A DNA stretch of 64,000 bases from an uncultured cyanobacterium (GCA_963793265.1 CAWBZI010000006.1:1024001-1088000); one strand, 5' to 3'. Positions 9,883-24,309 are shown, counted from the stretch's first letter. Translations and numbers: made by a program. Notes: generated by a model not told the origin, from the sequence alone.

Positions 9883-10794
9883 TTAGTGGGTGCGGGCGGT
9901 GATGTATTGAGCGATCGCAATCAAAGGCCGCGCTTTCTCACCGAAGCTATCTAGCTCAGCAATGGCCTCCGCAATTAATTGATCAGCCTTACGTCTCGAT
10001 ACCTCTAAACCCCAAAGGCTTGGATAGGTCGCCTTCTTTGCCACCAAATCTTTACCGGCAGATTTGCCCAGCTCTTCAGACGTTGCGGTGATATCTAAAA
10101 CATCATCCACAATTTGAAAGGCCAAACCAATACGCTGAGCGTAGCGCCTCAACTGCTCGACAGTAGAGTGCTCAGCGCCAGCTAAGAAGGCCGCAGATGT
10201 CACCGAAACCTCTAGCAGCGCGGCGGTTTTGTGCATATGAATAAACGTCAGCGTGCTCTCGTCAATCGTCTTCCCCTCAGAGTCCAAATCGACAATTTGT
10301 CCGCCCACTAAGCCTGCTGCGCCAACTGCCTTACCGAGAGCCGCTACCACTTTAAGGATTTGATTCGGGTCTGCGCCTTCGGTTTGCATCGCAATATGCT
10401 CAAAGGCGTAGGCGAGCAGCCCATCTCCTGCCAATACGGCCACGTCTTCGCCATAGACTTTGTGATTAGTGAGCTTGCCCCGGCGATAGTCGTCGTCATC
10501 CATCGCAGGCAAGTCGTCATGAATTAGCGACATCGTATGCACCATCTCTAGTGCGCAGGCCGTCGGCATCGCCGTTGCGATAGGAGCCTCTAACATTTCG
10601 CAGGTTGCCAGGCACAAAATAGGCCGCAGCCTTTTGCCGCCAGCCATCAGCGAGTAGCGCATCGCTTCATAAATTTGCTCTGGGTACACCACCAGCAGCG
10701 CTTTGTCTAAGGCAGCTTCAACCTGAGCGGCCCGTTCAACGAGATAGCTTTTAAGGTCAAAAGCAGTCGGGCTATCGATGTTAGTGGTCACCAT
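9883..10794 (-). CDS. crtE: Geranylgeranyl diphosphate synthase
   Basis: [39 protein letters not shown]; start trimmed to MVTT at 10794. Confidence 0.95.
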   Translation of the reverse strand: MVTTNIDSPTAFDLKSYLVERAAQVEAALDKALLVVYPEQIYEAMRYSLMAGGKRLRPILCLATCEMLEAPIATAMPTACALEMVHTMSLIHDDLPAMDDDDYRRGKLTNHKVYGEDVAVLAGDGLLAYAFEHIAMQTEGADPNQILKVVAALGKAVGAAGLVGGQIVDLDSEGKTIDESTLTFIHMHKTAALLEVSVTSAAFLAGAEHSTVEQLRRYAQRIGLAFQIVDDVLDITATSEELGKSAGKDLVAKKATYPSLWGLEVSRRKADQLIAEAIAELDSFGEKARPLIAIAQYITARTH

Positions 10795-10845
10795 GGGAGG
10801 GCAAAAGGGGGGCAAGGAAAAGAACAAAAGGCAAAGAGGCAAACG

Positions 10846-11754
10846 CTACGACGTAGACGAAACAGAGGCAGACGATATGTTCATCCGGTTGCAGTAGCTC
10901 ACAATTGTATTCTCTAACAGCATGGCCACCGTCATCGGCCCGATTCCACCGGGCACGGGCGTAATCGCACTCGCAACCGGTTCAACTGAGGCAAAATCGA
11001 CATCGCCAACCAGCCGTGACTTACCTGTATCTGGGCCTGTATCTGGGTTTGTAATGCGGTTGATACCGACATCAATGACGGTGGCATTGGGTTTGACCAT
11101 GGGGCCATCAATCAAATTAGGAATACCAACGGCTGCTACTAGAATATCGGCTGAGCGAGTCAATTCAGATAAGTTTTGCGATTTTGAATGGGCCATCGTG
11201 GGGGTTGCATTGGCAGCGAGCAGCATCAGTCCGATGGGCTTGCCCACTAAAATGCTGCGACCTAATACGACCGCAGTTTTACCTGCTAGCGGAATGTCGT
11301 AAAAGTTGAGCAGCCGCATGATGCCTGCTGGCGTGCAGCTTCGCAGGCCAGGCTCTCCTCTAACCAACCGGCCTAAGTTAATCGGATGGAGCCCGTCTAC
11401 GTCTTTATCTGGATCGATCAGGTTGAGTAGCGCAGTGGAGTCTAGGTGATCGGGTAGCGGTAGCTGGACTAGAATGCCATCGACTAAAGGATTTTGATTT
11501 AACGCTAAGATTTCTGTGGCGATCGCATCCTGGCTGCTTTCTTTGGGCAAGTTTTTACCGAGTGAGGCAATGCCCACGCGATCACAAGCCCTTTCCTTAT
11601 TGCGCACATAGGCGGCGCTAGCAGGATTATCACCGACCATCAGCACGGCTAATCCTGGCGGACGACCGCAGCGCTGGGTCCAGTTTTTTACACTGGCTAA
11701 GCGGTCGGCTTGAATCTGTTGTGCGAGAGCTTTCCCGTCTAGGAGCTGAGCCAT
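10846..11754 (-). CDS. folD: Bifunctional methylene-THF dehydrogenase/cyclohydrolase
   Basis: [37 protein letters not shown]; start MAQL at 11754. Confidence 0.97.
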   Translation of the reverse strand: MAQLLDGKALAQQIQADRLASVKNWTQRCGRPPGLAVLMVGDNPASAAYVRNKERACDRVGIASLGKNLPKESSQDAIATEILALNQNPLVDGILVQLPLPDHLDSTALLNLIDPDKDVDGLHPINLGRLVRGEPGLRSCTPAGIMRLLNFYDIPLAGKTAVVLGRSILVGKPIGLMLLAANATPTMAHSKSQNLSELTRSADILVAAVGIPNLIDGPMVKPNATVIDVGINRITNPDTGPDTGKSRLVGDVDFASVEPVASAITPVPGGIGPMTVAMLLENTIVSYCNRMNISSASVSSTS

Positions 11755-11935
11755 AATGGTAAAATGTGCCACTGGCCAACGAGGCCATTTAAGAGAAATA
11801 ACAAGGACGAGTACGATTTAATCGAAGCGTTGCCGCTAAAGCACTGAAACCAGATTACCAAAGCAGCGTAGGATTTTTTTGAAATGCCTTTTGAAATGCC
11901 TTCTAAAATACCTGCGTTTGTCATTAATAACTACT

Positions 11936-12415
11936 ATGATCCATTCTTCTTTTGACGCTTCATATCATTACTTATCTGGCATATCTATCAAACCCTCTAG
12001 ATTGTTAAGCGCTGCGCTACTGCCTTTTGCACTCGCAGGCTGCACCCTGTCTGAAGTTAGCTCAGAGATAAGCACTGAGACTGTCTCACAGCCAGCAATT
12101 TCGGTGCGCCTGCCCTCCATTCGACTGGCTAATCGCTCGACTGTCAGCATTGATTCTTTGACGGCTGAGCAAACGGACAAAACGGTCGCGATCGCAGGCA
12201 CCGTCGATCAGCGCGCTGCCGTCTTAGAGGGCTGGCTATACAAAGTGAGCGACGACAGCGGCAGTCTGTGGGTGCTCAGCGATGAATCTACGCCAGAAGT
12301 CGGTGAAGCGGTGACCATTGAAGGGGTTGTGCGCTACGAGGAGATTGTGGTGGGCGAAATCGACGCGGGCGACGTTTACCTACAAGAGCAGTCTTACGAA
12401 CCGAGCGGTGAATAG
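11936..12415 (+). CDS. Putative lipoprotein with OB-fold-like C-terminal domain
   Basis: Hydrophobic stretch ending in lipobox LAGC; V.IAGTV...Y.V.DDSGSLWV...GE.V.IEG.V pattern typical of OB folds; start uncertain. Confidence 0.65.
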   Translation: MIHSSFDASYHYLSGISIKPSRLLSAALLPFALAGCTLSEVSSEISTETVSQPAISVRLPSIRLANRSTVSIDSLTAEQTDKTVAIAGTVDQRAAVLEGWLYKVSDDSGSLWVLSDESTPEVGEAVTIEGVVRYEEIVVGEIDAGDVYLQEQSYEPSGE

Positions 12416-12420
12416 CGACC

Positions 12421-13035
12421 ATGCCGACCTATCAAGAGCACGCCATCACCCTTGCGAGCTTTAAGCAAATTGATCGCGAAGTGAGCACTCATAGTTTTAC
12501 CAAAGATGAATACGCCGTGGTGCGCCGCGTCCTTCACACCACCGCCGACTTTGAATTTCAGCAGCTTCTTCAGTTCAGCCAGCAGCCTTTTTTAGCCGCC
12601 AGGCAAGCCTTCACACAGCATCAGCCCGTTGTCACCGATGTTTCGATGGTGGCCGCAGGCATTGGCGGCGTGATGGCTAAAACTTGGGACTCACCGATTG
12701 AGGTGGCCGTGAAGCGGGTGAAAACTTGCCCACCGACCCAGACTCGCAGTGCACTAGGGATGGAGATGTGCGCTCAGGCATATCCAAACGCTATTTTCGC
12801 GATTGGCAATGCGCCTACGGCACTGATTGCGCTGTGTGAAGGCATTGAACGCGGTGAATATAGTCCTGCGCTCGTGATTGGCGCGCCAGTGGGTTTTATT
12901 AACGTGGTGGAGTCTAAGCAGGCGCTGGCGAAACTATCGGTGCCGTATATTTTGGTGGCTGGGCGCAAAGGTGGATCTGCGGTGGCCGCTGCGATTTTGA
13001 ATGCGCTGGCGATCGCAACCTGGGAGCAATCGTGA
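12421..13035 (+). CDS. cobH: Precorrin-8X methylmutase
   Basis: RRVLHTTADFE, TDVSMV, TRSA, IGNAPTAL, GRKGGSAVAAA. Confidence 0.93.
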   Translation: MPTYQEHAITLASFKQIDREVSTHSFTKDEYAVVRRVLHTTADFEFQQLLQFSQQPFLAARQAFTQHQPVVTDVSMVAAGIGGVMAKTWDSPIEVAVKRVKTCPPTQTRSALGMEMCAQAYPNAIFAIGNAPTALIALCEGIERGEYSPALVIGAPVGFINVVESKQALAKLSVPYILVAGRKGGSAVAAAILNALAIATWEQS

Positions 13036-14345
13036 CTGAGCCTGTGGCCGAGCCTGTGACCAAACCAGTTGTGCAAGTCATCGGCATCGGATTGGCAGGC
13101 CCAAAAAGCCTGTCCGCGCAGACGTTGGCGTTAGTCAATTCCGCAACGCTTTTAGTCGGAGGAAAGCGTCATCTAGTCGCTTTCAAGCATTTAAAAAAAA
13201 CGGTAGAATCATGGCCCTTAGGCGATTTCACTCGGGTATTTGCTGACTTGAAGTCGCGTCTTCAAGCTCATCCTGATACAAAGGCAGTCATCTTAGCCTC
13301 CGGCGATCCTTTATTCTTTGGCATCGGTCGCCTGCTACTGGAAGCCTTTCCCGCTGAGCAACTGACCTTTCACCCGCAAGTTAGTTCTATACAGCTAGCC
13401 TTCAGCCGTCTGAAGCTGCCCTGGCAAGATGCCACGCTTCTGAGCGTCCACGGACGCAGCGAAAAGCTACTAATTGAAGCGGTCAAACGAGGCGATTCAA
13501 AAATTGCGGTACTCACAGACGGCATACTGACGCCACAGGCGATCGCGACTCTCATCACAGCTCTCGACTTCCCTGTTCACTACCGCCTGTGGGTCTGTGA
13601 AAATTTAGGAAACGACGACGAGCGCGTGAGTGCACACTGGCCTAGCGAACTACAAGGCCAAACGTTTGCCTCTCTGAATGTTGTTATTCTAGTGCGTCAG
13701 GAATTAGAACCTCAGAACGAAGCGATTACTCGCCCTGAATCCAACGAGCTACCGCTGATCGGACTACCTGATGCGGCATTTAAGGGATTTGCGGATCGCC
13801 CTACGCTCATCACCAAGCGAGAAATCCGTCTGCTCATCCTTGGCGCACTCTCACCGCTAGATGGCGAAACCTTTTGGGATATTGGCGCGGGCACTGGCTC
13901 TGTGAGTATAGAGCTAAGCCGGTTATGCCCAAACGCTCAGCTGTATGCGATTGAGAAAACGGCGATGGGCGCAGCGTTGATTCGACAGAATGCGGAAAGG
14001 TTGGCGATCGCACCCATCCAAACCATCCAAACCCAAGCACCTGAGGCCCTAGCAGACTTACCTAGTGCAGATCGCGTGTTTATCGGTGGCAGCAGCGGGC
14101 AGCTTACGGCTATTCTCGATTTTTTGCATCGCCTAGTCGTTAGGCCGAAAAGGATTGTTTTAGCGATCGCCACCGTAGAGCACCTATCGCAGGTCATTAC
14201 CTGGGCCAAGCAGTCGACAATCGCAAATCACTGGCACTACCAGCTCACTCAAATCAACATTTCACGTTCTGTCCCTGTCGGCCCGCTCACCAGGCTGTTG
14301 CCCCTAAATCCAATTACGTTAGTGACACTATCTCTCTATAGTTAA
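13032..14345 (+). CDS. cbiET: Precorrin-6Y C5,15-methyltransferase (CbiE/CbiT fusion)
   Basis: LASGDPLFFGIG, LSVHGR, ITKREIR, WDIGAGTGSVSIE, VFIGGS; GTGA overlap with cobH. Confidence 0.93.
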   Translation: MTEPVAEPVTKPVVQVIGIGLAGPKSLSAQTLALVNSATLLVGGKRHLVAFKHLKKTVESWPLGDFTRVFADLKSRLQAHPDTKAVILASGDPLFFGIGRLLLEAFPAEQLTFHPQVSSIQLAFSRLKLPWQDATLLSVHGRSEKLLIEAVKRGDSKIAVLTDGILTPQAIATLITALDFPVHYRLWVCENLGNDDERVSAHWPSELQGQTFASLNVVILVRQELEPQNEAITRPESNELPLIGLPDAAFKGFADRPTLITKREIRLLILGALSPLDGETFWDIGAGTGSVSIELSRLCPNAQLYAIEKTAMGAALIRQNAERLAIAPIQTIQTQAPEALADLPSADRVFIGGSSGQLTAILDFLHRLVVRPKRIVLAIATVEHLSQVITWAKQSTIANHWHYQLTQINISRSVPVGPLTRLLPLNPITLVTLSLYS

Positions 14346-14401
14346 TAAAACATAAAAGCAAGGTATAAACGGCGCAATTTAACTACTTTTGCCTCGCTGC
14401 T

Positions 14402-14788
14402 TTATTCTGATTCTTCAGGGCGATCGCTATCAAGCTGCACCAAGCGAATATGCTTGTAGCCCAGCTTAATTTCAAACTCATCACCGGGCTTAAGGCCCAT
14501 TTCTTGAGTATAGGTAGAGCCGATTACGATTTGCCCGTTTTTGTGAACGCTAACGCGATAAGTCGGCTCTCTTCCTCTCCCATCTTTCGATCCTTCAGGA
14601 CTCAAAGAAATACCCCGAGCTTCTAGCAGCGCATCATAAAAATCAGCAAGGTTAGCTCTAATCTGATTTTCTTTAGTCAGCGTGTAGTAGCCACAAGCTT
14701 GCGCCCGCTCTCGTTTAGATAGATGGGCCAGCTCATCAAACTTTTGAAGGAGCGCTTTTCCTTTTAGCGGCGCGATTTTATCAGCCAT
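14402..14788 (-). CDS. Cyanobacterial AbrB-like transcription regulator (cyAbrB)
   Basis: ACGYY, GRGREPTYRVSVHKNGQIVIGSTYT, GDEFEIKLGYKHI; start MADK at 14788. Confidence 0.93.
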   Translation of the reverse strand: MADKIAPLKGKALLQKFDELAHLSKRERAQACGYYTLTKENQIRANLADFYDALLEARGISLSPEGSKDGRGREPTYRVSVHKNGQIVIGSTYTQEMGLKPGDEFEIKLGYKHIRLVQLDSDRPEESE

Positions 14789-15427
14789 AGCCCTCGAACA
14801 TCTAACTTTTGAAAGTTTGCATAAAGTCTTACGCCAATAAAGGCCAGTTAAAGACCAGTACGAGCCTATAAAGCAATTACATATAAGCATAAAAGCTGGC
14901 AATGACGAAAACATCAACTCATAAAAAATTAAAACTGTATAACGTCAAAATTTAACGGCACAGCTCATTCGTTAAGGTTGCATTCTCTATCAAATACACA
15001 TTAGCTCAAACGATTGTATAGCTTGAGTGCACTAATAGCTTGGTTTTTTAATTCATGGTTGCAGCTAAGCTACGTCATCGTTAGCAAAATAGCTTCAAAG
15101 CAACGTGCAATAAGACTTTAAGTATCTTCAGGTTGCGTCCTTAGATTGTAGCTACCAGCCTATTAGTTTGGCCATTTGTTATAGAAAGTATGCTAAACAC
15201 CAGCACTTCTATCTATCACACATTCGATTACATTGAGCCTTATCAATCGTTGATCTCTTAACGCGGCTTCTTAATGCGATAGAAACGATTAAAACACCAT
15301 CCGAATCGTTGAATCTTCGAGCTTTCGGCAAATCTCTTCAATCCCTTCAATAGTGCAGAGGAGAAGATACCCAGTAATATAACCAGTAATATAAATAGAC
15401 ACAAAAGCAGACGCACCCTTATTTGCC

Positions 15428-15634
15428 ATGACTTCTAACTCATCGCCCGATTTGCCTAACTCAGCACCACTAGAGACACCTATAGCGACCGAGCCAGCAG
15501 CCGAGCCAAGCTTCGGCTGGACTCGGTATGCAGAGCAAATTAACGGTCGATTCGCCATGATCGGGTTTGTCGCGCTGCTGGTACTGCAGCTAGTAACGCG
15601 CCAGGACTTCTTTACGTGGATAGGTCTACCCTAG
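15428..15634 (+). CDS. hli: High-light inducible protein (HLIP/SCP)
   Basis: FGWTRYAEQINGRFAMIGF chlorophyll-binding motif (ExxNGR). Confidence 0.93.
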   Translation: MTSNSSPDLPNSAPLETPIATEPAAEPSFGWTRYAEQINGRFAMIGFVALLVLQLVTRQDFFTWIGLP

Positions 15635-15690
15635 ACGAGGCCAAAGGTATGTGTCCTGACTGCGTTCGTAGTCAAAATTCATAGTCAAAC

Positions 15691-15731
15691 AAAAAGAGCA
15701 AGCCATACCCAAAGGTCAACTTGCTCTTTTT
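15691..15731. terminator. Bidirectional intrinsic terminator between convergent hli and apcC
   Basis: AAAAAGAGCAAG...CTTGCTCTTTTT 12-bp inverted repeat with A/T tails. Confidence 0.7.
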
Positions 15732-15742
15732 CGATTAAAATT

Positions 15743-15776
15743 TTTGAGCTGTAAGGCGATCGCCTTACAGCTCAAA
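15743..15776. terminator. 34-bp perfect palindrome centred on HIP1, downstream of apcC
   Basis: TTTGAGCTGTAAGGCGA|TCGCCTTACAGCTCAAA. Confidence 0.65.
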
Positions 15777-15823
15777 CAATAGAACTCACATGGTCTAACC
15801 TAGCCTAGACCTAACAAAGCTTG

Positions 15824-16027
15824 CTATGCCAAACCTGTGTTTGCGCCCTGACGCCCTGTTGCTAGCTCTACTTTCATAATAGTGCCGCCCATTTTTTGAA
15901 TGCGCTGCTGCTCTTTAAACCAGTTCTCGTAAGGAACAAGCTTAGTGAAATAAGTATTTTGCAACTCGCGCTGAGTCCGAATCCTGGTTTGACTAGGAAC
16001 GCAAGCAGTGACTCGAAACATTCGCAT
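15824..16027 (-). CDS. apcC: Phycobilisome small core linker Lc7.8
   Basis: MRMFRVTACVPSQTRIRTQRELQNTYFTKLVPY. Confidence 0.98.
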   Translation of the reverse strand: MRMFRVTACVPSQTRIRTQRELQNTYFTKLVPYENWFKEQQRIQKMGGTIMKVELATGRQGANTGLA

Positions 16028-16521
16028 GACAAGGGCCTCTTAGGTATCTAAAACAGTTCTGAAAGTGGTCTGAAAGTAGTGTCTGAAAACTTGGGCAATA
16101 CTTTTGTCGTTCGCACTAATTTCTCTCTTGTGCCTTCTCTATTAGCTCTACTTAGCAGGTGCTCAAGACCTATGCATCACTGCGCATCAGCATGACGTAG
16201 CTTAGTCTCTCAGCAGAGCCGATGGCAAAAAGAGTAGCGAAAAACGAGGGAATAGTCGAAAACGAGAACTATCTAGAAGTCTGTAAAATCAATGCTAACG
16301 AACCGAAGCCTCTCAGTTAACAAGAAAGTTTTCACGCTTTCTCCTGCTAAGCCTTCAATTTTCTAACACTCATCCCAGACTTCTAGAGAGAGTTTGGTTT
16401 CACTGCAAGCAGCAAATCCGGAGGTTTCTAGCCAGGGGCTAGAGGAGCTTCAGAAATTCGTTAACTGAACAACAGCTATCGAATCATCAGCTAAATCTGA
16501 CTGACAAATCTAGCGAATCGC

Positions 16522-17007
16522 CTAGCTAAGACCAGAACAGATGAAGTCGAAGTAAACGCCCATTTCTTTGCCAGCATCAGCGCCAACAAGACTAGCCGTG
16601 ACTTCTTTCATTGCTTGGATGGCCTGAACGGTTGCACCGACAGGGACGCCCAAGGAGTTGTAAGTCTCTTTCAAACCGTTGAGCACGCGCTCATCAAGGA
16701 TGGAAGGATCGCCAGCGAGCATGGCGTAGGTGGAGTAGCGCAAGTAGTAGTCCAAGTCACGAATGCAGGCTGCATAGCGACGAGTGGTGTACATGTTGCC
16801 GCCGGGGCGAGTGATGTCAGAGTACAGCAGTGACTTAGCAACAGCTTCTTTAACGATTTCAGCAGCATTAGCGCTGATAGACGTTGCCGCACGAACGCGA
16901 AGTTCGCCAGTCTGGAAATAAGCTTTGAGCTTATCCATAGAAGACGAGTCAAGGTACTTACCCTGTACGTCTGATGCATTAATTACAGCAGTAATTGCGT
17001 CTTGCAT
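16522..17007 (-). CDS. apcB: Allophycocyanin beta subunit
   Basis: [32 protein letters not shown]. Confidence 0.98.
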   Translation of the reverse strand: MQDAITAVINASDVQGKYLDSSSMDKLKAYFQTGELRVRAATSISANAAEIVKEAVAKSLLYSDITRPGGNMYTTRRYAACIRDLDYYLRYSTYAMLAGDPSILDERVLNGLKETYNSLGVPVGATVQAIQAMKEVTASLVGADAGKEMGVYFDFICSGLS

Positions 17008-17080
17008 TAGGTTTGCTTCCTTTAATGTGGACTTAGATGAAAAGAATTAGACAAGAACAAAAGTAAGGCTCAGGTGAGGC

Positions 17081-17566
17081 TTACTGGAGGCCGCCAACAA
17101 CGTAGTCAAAGTAAGAAGCAGCTTCAGCAGCTTCATCACCAGACATCATGCCGGTTGCAACGTTCTTCATACAGCGAATCGAATCAGCCATTGCTGGGAT
17201 GGACGTACCGAGAGAGTTGTACATCTCGCGCGCACCAACCAAGCCGATTTCTTCGATGGGTGTAACATCGCCAGCGACTACGCCGTAAGTAATCAGGCGT
17301 AGGTAGTAGTCCATGTCGCGCAGGCAAGTCGCCGTCATTTCTTCGCCGTAAGCGTTGCCGCCAGGAGAAACAACGTCAGGGCGCTTTTGGAACAACTGGT
17401 CGCCAGCCGTTTTGACGATGCGCTCGCGTGACTCAGTAAGTACCTGAGCGATGCGAACACGACGCTCACCAGAGGTTACAAAACCTTTGATGCGATCTAA
17501 TTCACCGGGGCTGAGGTAGCGGGCCTCAGCGTCAGCATTCACGATGGACTTCGTGACTATACTCAT
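17081..17566 (-). CDS. apcA: Allophycocyanin alpha subunit
   Basis: [38 protein letters not shown]. Confidence 0.98.
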   Translation of the reverse strand: MSIVTKSIVNADAEARYLSPGELDRIKGFVTSGERRVRIAQVLTESRERIVKTAGDQLFQKRPDVVSPGGNAYGEEMTATCLRDMDYYLRLITYGVVAGDVTPIEEIGLVGAREMYNSLGTSIPAMADSIRCMKNVATGMMSGDEAAEAASYFDYVVGGLQ

Positions 17567-17992
17567 TTGTGGATTCCTCCGAAAGAATAAACCAGATGAG
17601 TTTCACTGGCTCTGTAGAAAACAGACAAATAACTTAAGCTTTGTCAAGGCAGCTAGGCTTCGTTAAGGTGACTTGCCTGTTGGGTTAAGGCAACAGCAAA
17701 CGCAAATGCTCTTTGGCTAAGGCGGTTAAAACTTTAGGCTTTTGTATGGTTAAGCAAACAAGAGTTTTCAGTTTCGCGGCTTTGGGCTTCAAGCGATCGC
17801 GCTCAGTGCAAAGGTCTTACCCTTGTTTAATCTCAGCTACCTTCTCGTAAACATTTTCCGGTATTACGCCGTCCTTCTTAGAGGTTTAGCAATATTTCGT
17901 AATAAAGATCCTCAGATTTGCTATTCAGCCTGTTATCTACGAACAGATCAAATGATCTGAATTTGTTACAAAACGAAAAAACGTGGCAACAC

Positions 17993-18024
17993 AAAAGGGC
18001 GCACGGCAAATCGGTGCACCCCTT
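17993..18024 (-). terminator. Stem-loop/terminator after apcE
   Basis: Minus strand AAGGGGUGCAC...GUGCGCCCUUUU with G.U pairs. Confidence 0.55.
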
Positions 18025-18044
18025 CAATCATTTAAAACACGCGG

Positions 18045-20759
<2,715 letters not shown>

Positions 20760-21106
20760 TCAAAGACTCCCTATATAAGAATTAGGTCGTTAAAAGCTGT
20801 TAGTCTTTTGGACTGATTTGATCTTCAGAGTAAAACGATTTGGAAGGGCCTTTGCCGGATTGTTAAGAACCGTATTGTTTGAAGCCGCTGCCATCGGGTT
20901 TATTCTGCGTTCTCTTTTAAGTGATCCTTTTGCCTTCCTGATCATAGAAGACAGACGAACTCTCTGAGAGAAGAGATAAGTTTTGTAAACATTGTTTTCC
21001 TTGTGTTTCACCTAAAGCAACGTTGCGAGGGATGCTAGAAAGAGAAACTTTCCTCTATATATCTGTAGCGCCACATTCATAGACTTTTGAAATAGACACT
21101 TGAAAA

Positions 21107-22343
21107 ATGAGCGATGACCCAACAGGCCAGCAGAACAGCCAGAACGTAGCCAAGGTAAGTTCAGCCGTTGCCAAACTTTACGATACCTACCCTTTCCCAC
21201 CAGAGCCGCTGCTAGACGAAGCGCCACCCGGCTACAACTGGCGCTGGCACTGGCCAAGCGCCTATAGCTTTTGCTCGGGTCGTAAGCCTCAGACTAATCA
21301 GGTGCGTATTTTAGATGCGGGCTGCGGTACGGGCGTGGGTACGGAATATTTGGTGCATTTGAACCCTGAAGCAGAAGTAGTGGGGATGGATTTGAGCGCG
21401 GGGGCGATCGCTGTTGCTACAGAGCGCTGCCAGCGGTCAGGAGCCGATCGCGTCACCTTCCACAACCTCAGTATTTACGATGTCGAGCAAATTCCTGGCG
21501 AATTCGACATGATCAACTGTGTGGGCGTGCTGCACCACATGCCTGACCCCATTCGCGGGATTAAGGCGCTGGCGTCAAAGCTAAAGCCAGGCGGCATTCT
21601 CCATATATTTGTATATGCAGAGTTGGGAAGGTTTGAAATTCAGTTGACTCAAGAGGCGATCGCACTCCTCCAGGGCGACCAGCGCGGCGACTACAAAGAC
21701 GGCGTTCAGGTAGGCCGTACGCTCTTTGCCTCACTGCCCGAACAGAACCGGCTGCGAAAGCGAGAAGAGACGCGCTGGGCACTTGAGAACCATCGCGACG
21801 AATGCTTTGCCGACATGTATGTGCACCCGCAGGAGATTGACTACAACGTTAAAACGCTCTTTAACCTAATTGATTCATCTGGGCTTGATTTTGTGGGATT
21901 TTCTAATCCGCAGTACTGGGATTTGTCCCGGTTGATTAGCAGTGCGCCTGAGTTGATGGCAAGAGCTAAAGGGTTGGGGGAGCGCGATCGCTATCGCCTG
22001 ACCGAACTGCTCGATCCTGAAGTGACCCACTACGAATTTTTCCTTAGCCGCCCGCCGCTAGAGAAAACAGACTGGACAGATAGCGAGGCTCTAGCAAACG
22101 CCATCCCTGAGCGTCACGCCTGTATGGAAGGCTGGCCAAGCCGCAGCTTCTTCAACTTTGACTATCAGGTGATTTCGATTACCGAAACAGAGTTCAAGTT
22201 TTTAGAGCTATGCGAGCCAGGGCAGACAAAAGTCTGTAAGTGAACTGCTTTCAGAGCTTGAGCTAGCCTCACATGACGGGCTAGAAATAGTGCGGCAGCT
22301 TCAAAGGCGTCAGCTCATTTTGTTAGCTCCATCACAAAAATAA
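21107..22343 (+). CDS. Class I SAM-dependent methyltransferase, +1 frameshift near the 3' end
   Basis: ILDAGCGTG, FADMYVHPQE. The ORF stops at 22243, but the +1 frame continues ELLSELE...VRQLQRRQLILLAPSQK* to 22343; there is an apparent extra A in the run at 22228-22231. Confidence 0.85.
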
Positions 22344-22452
22344 TCGGGATTCTGTGAGCAAAACTTTTTCTTAAGTATTGTTGCCGTGATATGATCTGCC
22401 TTGGTTTGACACAGTTAACGCTGGTTCAAAACCGGCTAGTCTTACGACTGGT

Positions 22453-23070
22453 TTGACACCTGGTTTCGCACGCCGCCCGTGCAAATATGCCGCTGTGACT
22501 TCTGCAAGAAAATCGATTGGGACGATTCAGCTATTTCAAGACGATGGCGCGATCGCCGAGCAGCTAGCTTCAACGGCCAGCTCAGCAGGCAGTTCACGCA
22601 CAGGTAATGCAGCCGAGCATGACGAGGCCGTTCAAGAGTTGGAGCAAGTGCAGGAAGGGCCGCCTTTACTGCAACGCCCCCCTTCTGAAACCTCCATGCA
22701 AGACTACTATCAGCTACAGCTTGACTTGCTCAGGCTGACCGTTATCTTCGGCGCAATTGTTTTTCCCTGCGTGTGGTGGGCTTACTCACCCAATACAGCC
22801 CTCAACTATTTGCTCGGTGCTAGCACTGGCGTTGTTTACTTGAGAATGTTGGCAAGAAGCGTCGGCAAAATTGGTCGCCAAGCACCCAAGTCCAGTAGCG
22901 GCAGGCTTGCCATACTAATCGGCGTTTTAGTCGTTGCAACCCAGTGGGAACAGCTTTCAGTACTGCCTGTATTTTTAGGATTCTTGACCTATAAAGCAGC
23001 CTTAATTGCCTTCGTGCTGTGGACTGCTGTGCTACCGCCTAAGGAAACATCAACAAGCAACACCCAATAA
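22453..23070 (+). CDS. atp1: ATP synthase protein I (Atp1/UncI)
   Basis: SMQDYYQLQ, NYLLGA.TGVVYLRMLA, FLGFLTYKAA; first gene of the atp cluster; start may be GTG 22495. Confidence 0.9.
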   Translation: MTPGFARRPCKYAAVTSARKSIGTIQLFQDDGAIAEQLASTASSAGSSRTGNAAEHDEAVQELEQVQEGPPLLQRPPSETSMQDYYQLQLDLLRLTVIFGAIVFPCVWWAYSPNTALNYLLGASTGVVYLRMLARSVGKIGRQAPKSSSGRLAILIGVLVVATQWEQLSVLPVFLGFLTYKAALIAFVLWTAVLPPKETSTSNTQ

Positions 23071-23149
23071 GACCGCGTGAGTTTTTAGCTTTAGCTCTAA
23101 CGCGAATACGTAAAAGAAATTTAGACAGAAAGAAGAGAATTAAACGGCG

Positions 23150-23893
23150 ATGCTAAACACTTTGCAACTCACCAGCCATTTGCTGGGGTCTTCACTTCTA
23201 GCCAAACTAGAAGTGGGTCAGCACTACTACTGGCACATTGGCGGCTTGAAGCTTCACGGCCAAGTCTTTCTGGTTTCATGGTTTGTGTCTGCGCTGCTGA
23301 TTGGCGTAGCATTCCTCGCCACTCGCAAAGTCGAGCGCATTCCTTCTGGCCTCCAGAACTTTATGGAGTACGCCTTGGACTTCATTCGCGATTTGGCCAA
23401 AGACCAGATTGGCGAAAAAGAGTATCGCCCCTGGGTGCCCTTTGTCGGCACGCTCTTCCTATTCATCTTTGTTTCTAACTGGTCAGGCGCACTTATCCCC
23501 TGGAAGCTCATCCACATTCCAGGCGGCGAGCTAGCAGCCCCCACTAACGACATCAATACAACGGTTGCACTGGCGCTGTTGACCTCACTAGCCTACTTTT
23601 ATGCAGGCTTCCGCAAGCGCGGCCTGGGCTACTTTGCAAAGTACATCGAGCCTACGCCAATTTTGCTCCCTATCAACATCCTAGAAGACTTCACCAAGCC
23701 ACTTTCGCTCAGCTTCCGACTTTTCGGTAACATCCTGGCAGACGAGCTGGTAGTCGCGGTACTTGTGCTTCTCGTGCCTCTATTCGTACCTCTACCTGTA
23801 ATGGTTCTGGGTCTATTTACGAGCGCAATTCAGGCTTTGATTTTTGCGACGCTAGCGGCTGCATACATTGGTGAGGCCATGGAAGGGCATTAG
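23150..23893 (+). CDS. atpB: F0 subunit a (cyanobacterial atpI)
   Basis: [31 protein letters not shown]. Confidence 0.98.
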   Translation: MLNTLQLTSHLLGSSLLAKLEVGQHYYWHIGGLKLHGQVFLVSWFVSALLIGVAFLATRKVERIPSGLQNFMEYALDFIRDLAKDQIGEKEYRPWVPFVGTLFLFIFVSNWSGALIPWKLIHIPGGELAAPTNDINTTVALALLTSLAYFYAGFRKRGLGYFAKYIEPTPILLPINILEDFTKPLSLSFRLFGNILADELVVAVLVLLVPLFVPLPVMVLGLFTSAIQALIFATLAAAYIGEAMEGH

Positions 23894-23915
23894 ACAAGGA
23901 ACTGCCCGGATTTCC

Positions 23916-23944
23916 GTAGGGGCATAGCACTGCTAAGCCCCTAC
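23916..23944 (+). other. Intercistronic hairpin between subunit a and c genes
   Basis: GTAGGGGC-ATAGCACTGCTAA-GCCCCTAC. Confidence 0.6.
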
Positions 23945-23985
23945 AGTTTGAACCACACCACCTGAGAGATAGAGACTCTCATTAA

Positions 23986-24309
<324 letters not shown>

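Noticed and set aside
15217..15234. Possible HLR1/RpaB site upstream of hli (CACACATT-CG-ATTACATT)
   Set aside because: The first half-site is too degenerate and the surrounding DNA is AT-rich; cannot be supported without a PWM scan
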